From the IMG/VR virus record IMGVR_UViG_3300021185_003889: 64,000 bases of DNA; one strand, 5' to 3'. Made by a program: the position numbers and the translations under genes. The notes below the pieces were generated by a model that saw only the letters and a list, made by a program, of their open reading frames with translations, did not search any database and had not been told where the DNA came from. Below are positions 1 to 8,689 of the stretch, piece after piece (within the stretch, counting starts at the first letter, position 1; the number at the start of each line of letters is the position of its first letter). Origin of the DNA: an uncultured virus (IMG/VR IMGVR_UViG_3300021185_003889) (Duplodnaviria > Heunggongvirae > Uroviricota > Caudoviricetes).

Positions 1-2285
1 GCTTGAGTAACTTGATCTCTAGGAGAAATAGTCTTAACTATCTCCCCATCTTTCTTAACATACTTAGGAGGTATCTGAGATTCTAGCTCTTTACGAAATC
101 TCCAATCCATCATTCTATCACCAACCTTACTATAAAGCTTCTGAACTTTAGGTAAATGACGTACTCTACCGACATGGTTTTCAATCTGACCATTAGCTTT
201 GACTTCATCTCTGGATCTTTCTCTCCATTCCTTAAGTTGAGGAAATCCAGAGAAGTAACCATCAACTAATTTCTTAGCTGCTTCAGTAGCAAATTTATTT
301 GGACGTCCATTAACTACGAAAGGTATTTCATATTTAGTAGCATGCTTACCAAGATCAGTTTCATCTAATGTATTAAACTCTTCTTCACTAAGTCCTGATG
401 CTTCTGTCAGTCTTTGAAACATTTCCTTCTTAGCATTCTTTCTCCATCTAGCATCATTATAAAGTCCCATACTCAAAGCATATGCCTCCATTCCATAAGC
501 AATACCTAATGAGTATGCTTTAGCTTTATTTCTAGCTACAGGATCTAACTTCTTTAAGAATACAGGAGAAGATTTATCAGCAGATACTCCGTTAGGAAAT
601 CTATCAGTTTGAGATTCTAGATCTTCAGTTCTAATAGCAACAGTAGAATAGAAGTCCCAGTTCTTTTCAAATATCTCTTGTAAGTTCTTATCACCTGTTA
701 CTGAGGCAAAGCAGTGAGGTTCTAATGATTCGTAATCACAATCAATAACCTTTCTATCTTTTCCTGCTACTAAGAAAGCACGTACAATATTTACATACTT
801 CATAATAACGTCAGCATCTTCACCTGGTTCTAACGGCTTAGGAAGTTGTTGAGCATCACTACCGTAACGACCACTAACAGTACCATTTTGCTTAAAGTAA
901 AAATAATATCTACCATCTTCTTGTCTATCTCTAAATCTATCAACATAAGTAGATTTAATTTTTAATAGTTTATTATACACTCGTAAGTTCTCTGCCCAAG
1001 GATAATCCTTTGCAAGCTCTTCTACCATAGACATATCAAACTTAGCTCTACCAGATTTAGTATTAGCGCCTGATACCTTAGGTTTGATTCCCATGTAACC
1101 GAAGACAATTTCACCCAAATGCTTTTTAGACTGTATATTAATATAATCTCCATCATTTGACTCTTTCCATAAAGCCATAGATATTCTAGCTTTTTCAACG
1201 TCTTCAATAAGGGTATCGTCTCCGGTTAATAGGAATTCCTTGACGTTTGAATCTTCTAGTTCGTTAATATACTTTGCAGTAAGAGAATACTTACCAGTTT
1301 TTTCAGATTTAGGTAAAGGTAATGAATACCTTTGAACTAATCTTTGAGCCCAGTTACCTTTATGAGAAACTGGATATGAATCCATAGACGTAGCTACTAC
1401 CCATTCCTTTACTTCAGGTATAGCTAGAAGAGACTTCATTACAATCTCTTTGTTTTCTTTTTGATCTTTTACGATTTCATCGTGAATTCTTTCTATAAGC
1501 TCTGTATCTAGATCTACTCCATAAGATTCCATAGGAATAGTAACCTCACGGTAAATAGGCATTACTTCATCTTCGAAGAAAAATTTGTCCAACCCCTCTG
1601 CTCTAAGTTTACCCAAATATAGATTACAAATGCGAAGGGTAAGATCAGTATCAGCAGAAGCATATTTACTAAGAATTCCAAGATCAGCTTTGTATATTTC
1701 AAAGCTTTCTTTTGTGACTGATCCTCCATTATCTTTAATACTTTGTTTTAGTTCTAATTGCTCTTGGTTAGCAGCTTCTTCGACGTTAAGTCCAAGAGCC
1801 TCTTGGTTCATTATCGCTATGGACTTTAGTCCAAAAGGGTTACCGAATCCAAAAGCACCCTCTTCGTAAACAGTATGAACTAGTAGTCCAGTATCAACCC
1901 ATACATCATCTACTAAATCTATACCAAAATAGTTTTTTATAAACTGAATATCGAAAGAAGCATTATGAAAGACAAGTTTCTTTCCTCTCAGCATTTTTAA
2001 CAGATTCTTAGAAATAGTCTCAGATGAAGTACCATTTATAGATTGAAGTTCTAATTCACCTTTATCAAAGTTCCATACGAGAGTAGGTATATAAAAACCT
2101 ATACCTTCATCACCAGATATAGACCAACCTACTACTTTATCCTTTCTAGGATTAAGACCTGAAGTCTCAGTATCGACTGCTATTATATCTGACTCTGTAA
2201 TATGCTTATGCATCAACTGCAACGTATCAGAGTCTTGAACTGTATAATACTTTTTTTCTACTTTGCTATCTATTCTGAATGCCAT
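1..2285 (-). CDS. polA: DNA polymerase family A (3'-5' exonuclease + polymerase), runs off window start
   Basis: Hand translation from ATG at 2285: MAFRIDSK...IAVDTETSGL (ExoI), DCDYESLEPH (motif A), RNKAKAYSLGIAYG (motif B). Absent from the ORF track because it is open at the edge. Confidence 0.95.
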   Translation of the reverse strand, partial: MAFRIDSKVEKKYYTVQDSDTLQLMHKHITESDIIAVDTETSGLNPRKDKVVGWSISGDEGIGFYIPTLVWNFDKGELELQSINGTSSETISKNLLKMLRGKKLVFHNASFDIQFIKNYFGIDLVDDVWVDTGLLVHTVYEEGAFGFGNPFGLKSIAIMNQEALGLNVEEAANQEQLELKQSIKDNGGSVTKESFEIYKADLGILSKYASADTDLTLRICNLYLGKLRAEGLDKFFFEDEVMPIYREVTIPMESYGVDLDTELIERIHDEIVKDQKENKEIVMKSLLAIPEVKEWVVATSMDSYPVSHKGNWAQRLVQRYSLPLPKSEKTGKYSLTAKYINELEDSNVKEFLLTGDDTLIEDVEKARISMALWKESNDGDYINIQSKKHLGEIVFGYMGIKPKVSGANTKSGRAKFDMSMVEELAKDYPWAENLRVYNKLLKIKSTYVDRFRDRQEDGRYYFYFKQNGTVSGRYGSDAQQLPKPLEPGEDADVIMKYVNIVRAFLVAGKDRKVIDCDYESLEPHCFASVTGDKNLQEIFEKNWDFYSTVAIRTEDLESQTDRFPNGVSADKSSPVFLKKLDPVARNKAKAYSLGIAYGMEAYALSMGLYNDARWRKNAKKEMFQRLTEASGLSEEEFNTLDETDLGKHATKYEIPFVVNGRPNKFATEAAKKLVDGYFSGFPQLKEWRERSRDEVKANGQIENHVGRVRHLPKVQKLYSKVGDRMMDWRFRKELESQIPPKYVKKDGEIVKTISPRDQVTQ

Positions 2286-2304
2286 GTATAACCGTTTATT
2301 TTAA

Positions 2305-2335
2305 TAAAGATAAGAAAAATTAGTCGGATAACCAA
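2305..2335 (-). promoter_or_regulatory. Bacteroidota-type sigma70-like promoter upstream of polA
   Basis: TTG-N20-TATCTTTA; resembles the Bacteroidota -33 TTG / -7 TAnnTTTG architecture. Confidence 0.7.
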
Positions 2336-2493
2336 CTTAAAATAATGTTAATTACTATAAAGACATTGCAAATAACTGCTTGTAAAACTATGAATGTTCT
2401 TATCCATGCAACATTATCAGCACGCCGCCGGTCCTCACCTGTCTTTTCACCTAATGCTCTTGCCCAGGTTTTCCAAAAGCTAGTATTCTCCAT
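2320..2493 (-). CDS. Small membrane protein (57 aa), not in ORF track
   Basis: MENTSFWKTWARALGEKTGEDRRRADNVAWIRTFIVLQAVICNVFIVINIILSWLSD; fills the gap, C-terminal TM helix. Confidence 0.7.
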   Translation of the reverse strand: MENTSFWKTWARALGEKTGEDRRRADNVAWIRTFIVLQAVICNVFIVINIILSWLSD

Positions 2494-2740
2494 AGAGATC
2501 GAACTTCATAGGTTCTTCTTCCGGTACCTCTACTTCTTGTTGTTCGATAGCATAAAGTTTACCATCGAGAGGATCTAATTGATAAGAACCCTTAAATTTA
2601 GTCTTACGCATATACATTGTAAGAGCCATTACAAGTCCTTCAATAGTAGTTCCTTGATCGATTACTAACTCCCAGTTATCACCAGGAGGCATTCTGTTTG
2701 CGATAAGAACTTTTTCTTCTTGGATTTCTATTTCACTCAT
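2480..2740 (-). CDS. Hypothetical acidic protein
   Basis: 86-aa ORF in a tightly packed operon. Confidence 0.7.
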   Translation of the reverse strand: MSEIEIQEEKVLIANRMPPGDNWELVIDQGTTIEGLVMALTMYMRKTKFKGSYQLDPLDGKLYAIEQQEVEVPEEEPMKFDLYGEY

Positions 2741-2888
2741 TAGTTATTCCTTTACCTAATATTAGGGGTGATTCGTCTTTATTAGACTTAATAGTGTAGT
2801 GTGAATCGAACTCTTGAATAATAAGAGGTTTATCACCGTACATATTTTTATAATTTTTTCTAACGTATGCTTCTACTTTATCAATCAT
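2733..2888 (-). CDS. Small hypothetical protein (51 aa), not in ORF track
   Basis: MIDKVEAYVRKNYKNMYGDKPLIIQEFDSHYTIKSNKDESPLILGKGITNE; TAATG coupling with the queF stop. Confidence 0.65.
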   Translation of the reverse strand: MIDKVEAYVRKNYKNMYGDKPLIIQEFDSHYTIKSNKDESPLILGKGITNE

Positions 2889-3793
2889 TACTGTCTCAAA
2901 GTTTTACGAATAGTATATTCTGGGTTAGTAAAAAATTCTGGTACTAGACTGCTGTGAGTAGCTCTGATAGGGTTAATGTCTATTCCACCTCTTCGAGTAT
3001 ATAAACAACTTACCATTAACTGCTCAGGTTCAAACCTTTCAGTTAGGTGAGCAAATATCATCTCACATATTTCTTCATGAAAGTGACTTACTGTTCTGTG
3101 ACTAACTATATATTTAGCTAATGACTCAGCAGTAGGTAATTTCTTACCTTTCATATAAATAAACACATCACCCCAATCTGGTTGATTGGTTACTCTACAA
3201 TTGGATCTAAGTAAATTAGATCTAAATTTTATTGCACCTTCTAATTCATTAACTTCTAATTGAGTAGCATCAGATTTAAAAGCAGTAAAATCTATATTAT
3301 CTAAATCTGCTATATCACCTAAGTCTTTATATTCTTCTGAGAATGATAGAGGTTCAGTTTCAAACTCCGAAGCGTAAAAACTTACAGTAGTATTAGTTTC
3401 TAATAATTCATCTAAATCTCTCTTAACTCTAGCTTCTATTCCAGAAATACAATCAGGAGCATTATCTCCTATTTCAGTCATATTAAAAGAATTTAAATAT
3501 AGTTTTATAGACTTAGATTCTACGTGATTCTCACTATCACTAGGACAAACTATCTTTAACATACCAGCTACTGGTTGTCCTTTAGTAGTAATAGCTGATA
3601 CTTCGTATGCATTCCAAGTATCTACACCTACAAATTCATCTCCGGTTAAACCGTAACCTTCTCTATTTAAAGATCTTGGTATTTTAACTAATAAGTCAGG
3701 TGCATAAGTATCTTTATAACCAGCACCACCAACAGTTCCTAAATGTTTTGAAGCAATCTCTTTTACTGCTTCGTAGTTTTTAACTTCGCTCAT
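2888..3793 (-). CDS. queF: NADPH-dependent preQ0 reductase QueF (bimodular type)
   Basis: ESKSIKLYLNSF QueF motif, SNCRVTNQPDWG catalytic Cys/Asp, FHEEICE, YTRRGGIDINP. Confidence 0.93.
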   Translation of the reverse strand: MSEVKNYEAVKEIASKHLGTVGGAGYKDTYAPDLLVKIPRSLNREGYGLTGDEFVGVDTWNAYEVSAITTKGQPVAGMLKIVCPSDSENHVESKSIKLYLNSFNMTEIGDNAPDCISGIEARVKRDLDELLETNTTVSFYASEFETEPLSFSEEYKDLGDIADLDNIDFTAFKSDATQLEVNELEGAIKFRSNLLRSNCRVTNQPDWGDVFIYMKGKKLPTAESLAKYIVSHRTVSHFHEEICEMIFAHLTERFEPEQLMVSCLYTRRGGIDINPIRATHSSLVPEFFTNPEYTIRKTLRQ

Positions 3794-4308
3794 TTAATAA
3801 AATTTAATATTTGTTCAACACGCTGTAATGGTGACCCTGTTACAGTTAGGTAGGGTTTTCTAACTCCTTCAAGAAGTAGTTGAAATTCTTTATCTATTTT
3901 TTCTCTCCAATCTTCATTAACACTACGAACTCCATCATCAACTGATGCAAACTCGATAGGAAAGTAAATATAATGAGTATATTCATTTTTAACTCTATTC
4001 CAAGTATCTTCTATGTAGCTATGAGATTCTTTACTTATCTTATCCATAAAGTTAGAATAAACAAGCAAATCAATATAACATCTATCTAAAATCATATTAC
4101 CTGGTTTAAGTAAAGCCTCTAAATGAAAGCTACTGATAGCAAGTTGAGTCTCAGAAGTACCAGCTTCATTAATAGGAAAGCCATACTTAGCTACACTACG
4201 AGTAGATTCATTAATAAACTCAAACTTAGGTAACTTACCTTTTAATAACTCAAATACAGTAGTCTTACCGGTACTACTAGCACCTACTAAAGCAATTCTT
4301 TTTATCAT
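3790..4308 (-). CDS. P-loop nucleotide kinase-like protein (AAA_28/dNMP-kinase-like)
   Basis: GASSTGKTT Walker A; ILDRCYID; DDGVR lid. Confidence 0.75.
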   Translation of the reverse strand: MIKRIALVGASSTGKTTVFELLKGKLPKFEFINESTRSVAKYGFPINEAGTSETQLAISSFHLEALLKPGNMILDRCYIDLLVYSNFMDKISKESHSYIEDTWNRVKNEYTHYIYFPIEFASVDDGVRSVNEDWREKIDKEFQLLLEGVRKPYLTVTGSPLQRVEQILNFIK

Positions 4309-4835
4309 AAAACCTTTTTAAGATAGTCAGTCCAAAGACTTAAACTTATATTTCTTAATATAAGAAAAATTTCACCAATATCCAACTTTAAATCGTTACT
4401 ATACTGAGCTTCAGATATAACCTCTCCTTCATCAACACCTTTAACTACCTTATGTAATACTGAGCCGATTGTTTTATATTTTCCTTGATAAGCTCTCATC
4501 TGTGGATCTTTACCTTTAAGTTCAGGATACTTAGTAATTAATCCAGGATGTCCATTAATAATAGTATAGTTTTTACATATACTAGGAGGCATTATTCTCA
4601 ACCAACCATGTAGAGTAACAATACTTTTATTTTCTATAACAGATTTATAGTTTTTAGGTGTAGGTTTATTAGGTAACTCTATAAAACCTTTTTCTACTAT
4701 TCTCGAATCTATAGTTCTTAAATCTTTTGATCTTTTATTTGTAACTATTTTATCAGGCCATCTACCTAAATTTTCTGATAAATCAGCAATTTCAGCACCT
4801 GTTTGACTGAAGAATGCTATCCATTTGTTAGCCAT
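4305..4835 (-). CDS. PurN-like formyltransferase, likely preQ1 formyltransferase (DpdN-like)
   Basis: LHGWLRIM, INGHPGLI, LHKVVKGVDEGEVI formyltransferase motifs; overlaps the dpdA-like gene and lies two genes from queF. Confidence 0.8.
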   Translation of the reverse strand: MANKWIAFFSQTGAEIADLSENLGRWPDKIVTNKRSKDLRTIDSRIVEKGFIELPNKPTPKNYKSVIENKSIVTLHGWLRIMPPSICKNYTIINGHPGLITKYPELKGKDPQMRAYQGKYKTIGSVLHKVVKGVDEGEVISEAQYSNDLKLDIGEIFLILRNISLSLWTDYLKKVL

Positions 4836-5614
4836 CTAAACTTTTTTATATTATTTACTACTTTATCAATATCAATCTCTTCTATTGGTACATCTATAAG
4901 TTCATGTAATTTCTGAGATTCCTTAGACCAGAGTCCTTCTCTATCATACTCTATACCTTTTAATCCGTGAACTACTGGGTTAGAAGTATCTAATGAGTAG
5001 AGCCATTTGTAATCTGCATGCTTATAAAAAGCAAACTCTTGAGGTAAACCGCAACCTAGTAAGTGATGAGGTTTATCCTTATTAATTATACCGTCTCTCT
5101 CTAAATCTCCTAGTAGCTTAACACGTCCTAGCATCCAACTAACGTACTTGTTAGGATGAGGAATAGAATCGCTATAATACGAATAATCAAACGATATGGC
5201 TATCATATCACAAGGAGATAATTCATCGATAGCTTTATAACAGTCTTTAATCTCCTGGTATGTTTTACCTTGAACTACTCCTATGCTTTTACCAGGAGAA
5301 TTTCCATAACTCTTAAACCAATCAGCCATTTGCTGCATAGTCTTTTCAGCATTTTCTAATGCATCCGGAACTATATACCAAGTAGGTTTTAATCTTTCGA
5401 CCCACAGAGCAAATCTATCAGCTTCAAAAGCTTCTTCTAACTCAAATATAGAGTTATCAAGAATAATCTCTCTACCTTTTTTAACTGCTCTTTCAAACGT
5501 ATCTCTATATCTAGGATTTTGCTCTAGTAAGTGAACTAAAGCATAATCATAATCAGTTAGTCTTTGAACTTCTTCAAATATATCTATAGGAGCTTCGTGC
5601 GCTATTTTAATCAT
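4817..5614 (-). CDS. dpdA: TGT-fold 7-deazaguanine insertion protein (DpdA3-like)
   Basis: IILDNSIFE, IVPD, GVVQG, HHLLGC, SLDTSNP: TGT/DpdA-type motifs; context with Que genes. Confidence 0.75.
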   Translation of the reverse strand: MIKIAHEAPIDIFEEVQRLTDYDYALVHLLEQNPRYRDTFERAVKKGREIILDNSIFELEEAFEADRFALWVERLKPTWYIVPDALENAEKTMQQMADWFKSYGNSPGKSIGVVQGKTYQEIKDCYKAIDELSPCDMIAISFDYSYYSDSIPHPNKYVSWMLGRVKLLGDLERDGIINKDKPHHLLGCGLPQEFAFYKHADYKWLYSLDTSNPVVHGLKGIEYDREGLWSKESQKLHELIDVPIEEIDIDKVVNNIKKFRWLTNG

Positions 5615-5789
5615 TGTTTAAAGAGTCATTTACTGATTTATTAATTTCATTTACTGAGTTAGTAATTAAGTTTATTGCATCATCTATTGATGCTACATCT
5701 ATACCTTCAGATTGAGCAGTTTGTGCTACTTCTAACGGTACATATTTTTTACCGTCTATTTCTATTACAAAGTCATCTAATTTAATCAT
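5607..5789 (-). CDS. Hypothetical protein
   Basis: 60-aa ORF overlapping both neighbours. Confidence 0.6.
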   Translation of the reverse strand: MIKLDDFVIEIDGKKYVPLEVAQTAQSEGIDVASIDDAINLITNSVNEINKSVNDSLNND

Positions 5790-6376
5790 ATACCCATGTG
5801 TTGTGAAGGTCTAGTTTTAATGATTTCATCATCACTAAAAAACTTCATTAAATCTGGTCTAAAGTAGTTAACAGACTTCATTACTTTTTTATCTCGTTTT
5901 CTATAGACAATATACCTTCTCTCCGCAACTTTTTCAAAATAACACTCCTCACCTTGCTCCTTACTTCGTACCCTGACAGTTTCCAAGGCTTCTTTTTCAG
6001 TTTCGCAAGCTTTACTAAGATTACTCGCCTGTACCTCTTGATAAGCGGGCCATATCTTATCCTTAAGGCCATGTAACATAGTACCGTTCCCAAGGGAAAC
6101 ATAAGTAATGTCACACAAAGCATCCAAAATCTCCACAATGTCGCCCCGTTCGCAAGCTTCTTTATATTCTTGGAGCTCTTCAAGGATAAAATCATAGACA
6201 AATCTCCAGTCTTTTTCTTCTGGGATGGTTGGTTCATAATTATTAGTTTTGTTGAATGTTTTGTTAAACTCTTCTACTTCATCTACAAATGGGACTGGGT
6301 CGATGGTTACTTTTCCATCTGCCTCACTCCAGTTACCAGTTTTTTCTGGGAATAGTGATAATTGTTTTCCTTTCAT
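5786..6376 (-). CDS. All-alpha NTP pyrophosphohydrolase (MazG/HisE-like superfamily)
   Basis: EELQEYKEA...EILDALCDITYV...VQASNLSK. Confidence 0.85.
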   Translation of the reverse strand: MKGKQLSLFPEKTGNWSEADGKVTIDPVPFVDEVEEFNKTFNKTNNYEPTIPEEKDWRFVYDFILEELQEYKEACERGDIVEILDALCDITYVSLGNGTMLHGLKDKIWPAYQEVQASNLSKACETEKEALETVRVRSKEQGEECYFEKVAERRYIVYRKRDKKVMKSVNYFRPDLMKFFSDDEIIKTRPSQHMGI

Positions 6377-6380
6377 AATA

Positions 6381-7100
6381 TTATATTATACCTTCTGTCA
6401 TTATTGAATATAGTAAATCTCTCGTATCTTTCCAACTTTCTACATGATAAAATTCATTACCTTTAAGTTTTTTTCTAATTGTAGCTTCTTTAACTGCATA
6501 ATCATTACCTCCAGGAACTAAGTTATCTCCAAAAAAAGTAAAATTTTCTCCATTTAAGTCATCTAGTATTTGTCCTTTATCTGCTCCTCTTTCATGTATA
6601 TCTATACTTATCTCCCCTCCTATTGATGCATCTAACCAACCATACCTTCCACAAATTTCCTCAGCAAATTGTTTTCTTTCTTGATGTATTTGGTCCCACT
6701 TATAGTATTCATTTCTTTGTTCTTGAGTACAATTTCTCCCAACAACAGAAAAATTAACTAAACCTATTCTCTTTTCTATATGATTACCAAACCTGTGTGG
6801 GTATTCAGATTTATCTAACATCATATTCAGTAACGTGTCTAAGTATTCTTCACCAGACCATTCATTTTGCTCAATCATTTTACCGCCAATCCATAGTTGG
6901 TTACCGCAGCATTGGTATACTCTATCTGCAGCCAACCAAGCATCTTCACCTAATTGCTCTACTGATTTATCTTTATCACTTCCAGTAACTAGCCAAACTT
7001 TATTGTGTTTACAAAAATTTAAGAAATCTTCTTTAAATTTAGGGTCAATAAGATTCCTGGAAGGAGTTAATGTACCGTCGATGTCAAAAATGTATATCAT
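6381..7100 (-). CDS. HAD-IIB phosphomannomutase, eukaryotic PMM-like
   Basis: FDIDGTLT, VTGSD, IEKRIGLVNFSVVGRNCTQEQR, GGEISIDI, FFGDNLVPGGNDY. Confidence 0.85.
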   Translation of the reverse strand: MIYIFDIDGTLTPSRNLIDPKFKEDFLNFCKHNKVWLVTGSDKDKSVEQLGEDAWLAADRVYQCCGNQLWIGGKMIEQNEWSGEEYLDTLLNMMLDKSEYPHRFGNHIEKRIGLVNFSVVGRNCTQEQRNEYYKWDQIHQERKQFAEEICGRYGWLDASIGGEISIDIHERGADKGQILDDLNGENFTFFGDNLVPGGNDYAVKEATIRKKLKGNEFYHVESWKDTRDLLYSIMTEGII

Positions 7101-7447
7101 ACTCTATCGTAATCGTCTTCGTATCTAATAATGTCATCTTCACCAAAATATTGTCCAGTTTGTACTTCTATAAACTCAACTAATTTATCAGTTTTATTCC
7201 AGGCCCTATGTTTTGATTGACAAGGAATCCTAATTGATTCACCTGTAGCAGCTAATGTATACTCTATATCATCTAATACTACAGTAAGAGTACCTTTGAC
7301 TAATGTCCATTGTTCTTGTCTTTTATTATGAGACTGAAGAGATAATCTTGAATTAGGAGCTATAGTTATTAACTTAACTTTGGTAGCATCTGAGTCTAAT
7401 AATACTTGGTACATTCCCCAAGGTCTAGTTTCAGCTTCGTATTTCAT
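7097..7447 (-). CDS. Mannose-6-phosphate isomerase type II cupin
   Basis: RPWG, LSLQSHNKRQEQW, HRAWN, IEVQTG..FGEDDIIRYEDDYDR. Confidence 0.9.
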   Translation of the reverse strand: MKYEAETRPWGMYQVLLDSDATKVKLITIAPNSRLSLQSHNKRQEQWTLVKGTLTVVLDDIEYTLAATGESIRIPCQSKHRAWNKTDKLVEFIEVQTGQYFGEDDIIRYEDDYDRV

Positions 7448-7907
7448 AATCAGATATTATTCTTACTTTTGCGGGCACATTTAAAAATAGACAACAATAA
7501 AATCTAGTTCTGCCATCTATAATATAGTACTTTTTTTTCAATTCTAAAAAGAAAATAGGATGATAATCATTATTTTTTACTAGTTCAAATATTTCTTTGA
7601 TACTAAAACCTCTAGTTATATCTCTAGGAAACAAAGAATCCCTTTCTTCTAAAATATTTAAAAAATTAGAAACGTCTTTTTCTTTTAAAATTCGTTCTAA
7701 AATAACTTCACAGGAATCTGTGTTAGCAAGGTTAAGAAGTTCACTATACTTTGAAGTATCAAAAGTATCTACTTTACTTTCTTTAACTAGTTTTAAAATA
7801 CTTTCCTTATTCTTATTGAAAGTAAATTTTCTAACATCTGGATGCCATTGAGAAAATAAATTACCTACATCAATGTCATCGTAGAACTCTTTACTTCTTC
7901 TCCCCAC
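7431..7907 (-). CDS. Hypothetical protein with ParB/Srx-like C-terminal motif
   Basis: HPIFF...YYIIDGRTRF; very AT-rich. Confidence 0.5.
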   Translation of the reverse strand: MGRRSKEFYDDIDVGNLFSQWHPDVRKFTFNKNKESILKLVKESKVDTFDTSKYSELLNLANTDSCEVILERILKEKDVSNFLNILEERDSLFPRDITRGFSIKEIFELVKNNDYHPIFFLELKKKYYIIDGRTRFYCCLFLNVPAKVRIISDYEIRS

Positions 7908-7912
7908 TTATA

Positions 7913-8620
7913 TTAACACTTTTCTGCTAATTCAATATTCTTATAAAACTCTGCTTTTGCTGAGTCTTCGTTTAAGAAAGCTCCAGTTAATTTAGCCGTT
8001 TGCATAGAAGCACCTCCATGCTTTACTCCTCTACATGATACACATGCATGAGTTGCATTTACTTGAACTGCTACTCCTAAATTACCTTCACATATCTTAT
8101 CTACAGCATTATGTATAGCTACAGTAAGCTGTTCCTGTATTGCACCTCTTCTACCGAATTGCTCTACTATTCTATTAAGTTTAGATAGTCCTACTACCTT
8201 ACCATCTTCAGATGCTATATAAGCAATACTTACTGTACCTCTAATAGCTTGATGATGATGAGAACACATAGACGTTACAGGTATGTTACTCTCTTGAACT
8301 ATACCGTCATAACCGTCTGATGGAAATGCTGTAATACGGTCTAGTGGACTATATCTTCCTGCCCATAAATCGTTAACGTATGCTTTTGCTACTCTAAATG
8401 GAGTATCTGCAGAATTAGGATCTTCTTTATAATTACATCCTAGAGCAGTTAAGAAGTCTCCATATGCTTTAGCAGCATTTTCTATTATAACTTGTTTTTC
8501 TTCTGAATCTAACCTTGCTTCAGGTCCTTCAGTTTGTTGTTTCTTTGCTAGTTGACTTGATATACCGTTAGCAAAACCGGCTTGAACTAATTCAGTTCCT
8601 TCTATAAACTTCTTTGGCAT
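7913..8620 (-). CDS. folE: GTP cyclohydrolase I
   Basis: TPFRVAK, SMCSHHH, VVGLSKLNRIV, IQEQLT, HACVSCRGV. Confidence 0.96.
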   Translation of the reverse strand: MPKKFIEGTELVQAGFANGISSQLAKKQQTEGPEARLDSEEKQVIIENAAKAYGDFLTALGCNYKEDPNSADTPFRVAKAYVNDLWAGRYSPLDRITAFPSDGYDGIVQESNIPVTSMCSHHHQAIRGTVSIAYIASEDGKVVGLSKLNRIVEQFGRRGAIQEQLTVAIHNAVDKICEGNLGVAVQVNATHACVSCRGVKHGGASMQTAKLTGAFLNEDSAKAEFYKNIELAEKC

Positions 8621-8655
8621 TATTAATTGTTTTTATTGAGGTTCTACGACTCATT
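8621..8655 (-). ncRNA. Candidate preQ1-I-like riboswitch aptamer in folE leader
   Basis: UGAG-UCGUAGAAC-CUCA-AUAAAAAC-AAU, close to the type II preQ1-I pattern (CUGGG-UCGCAGUAAC-CCCAG-UUAACAAAAC-AAG). Confidence 0.6.
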
Positions 8656-8658
8656 ATT

Positions 8659-8689
8659 ATAATATACGAACTTATTCTGAATCTACCAA
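8659..8689 (-). promoter_or_regulatory. Promoter upstream of folE
   Basis: TTG-N20-TATATTAT. Confidence 0.7.

Noticed and set aside
4305..4835. Formyltransferase as Met-tRNA formyltransferase (given tRNA-fMet) or purine PurN
   Set aside because: Only 176 aa, lacking the Fmt C-terminal domain; no other pur genes; overlaps the dpdA-like gene near queF.
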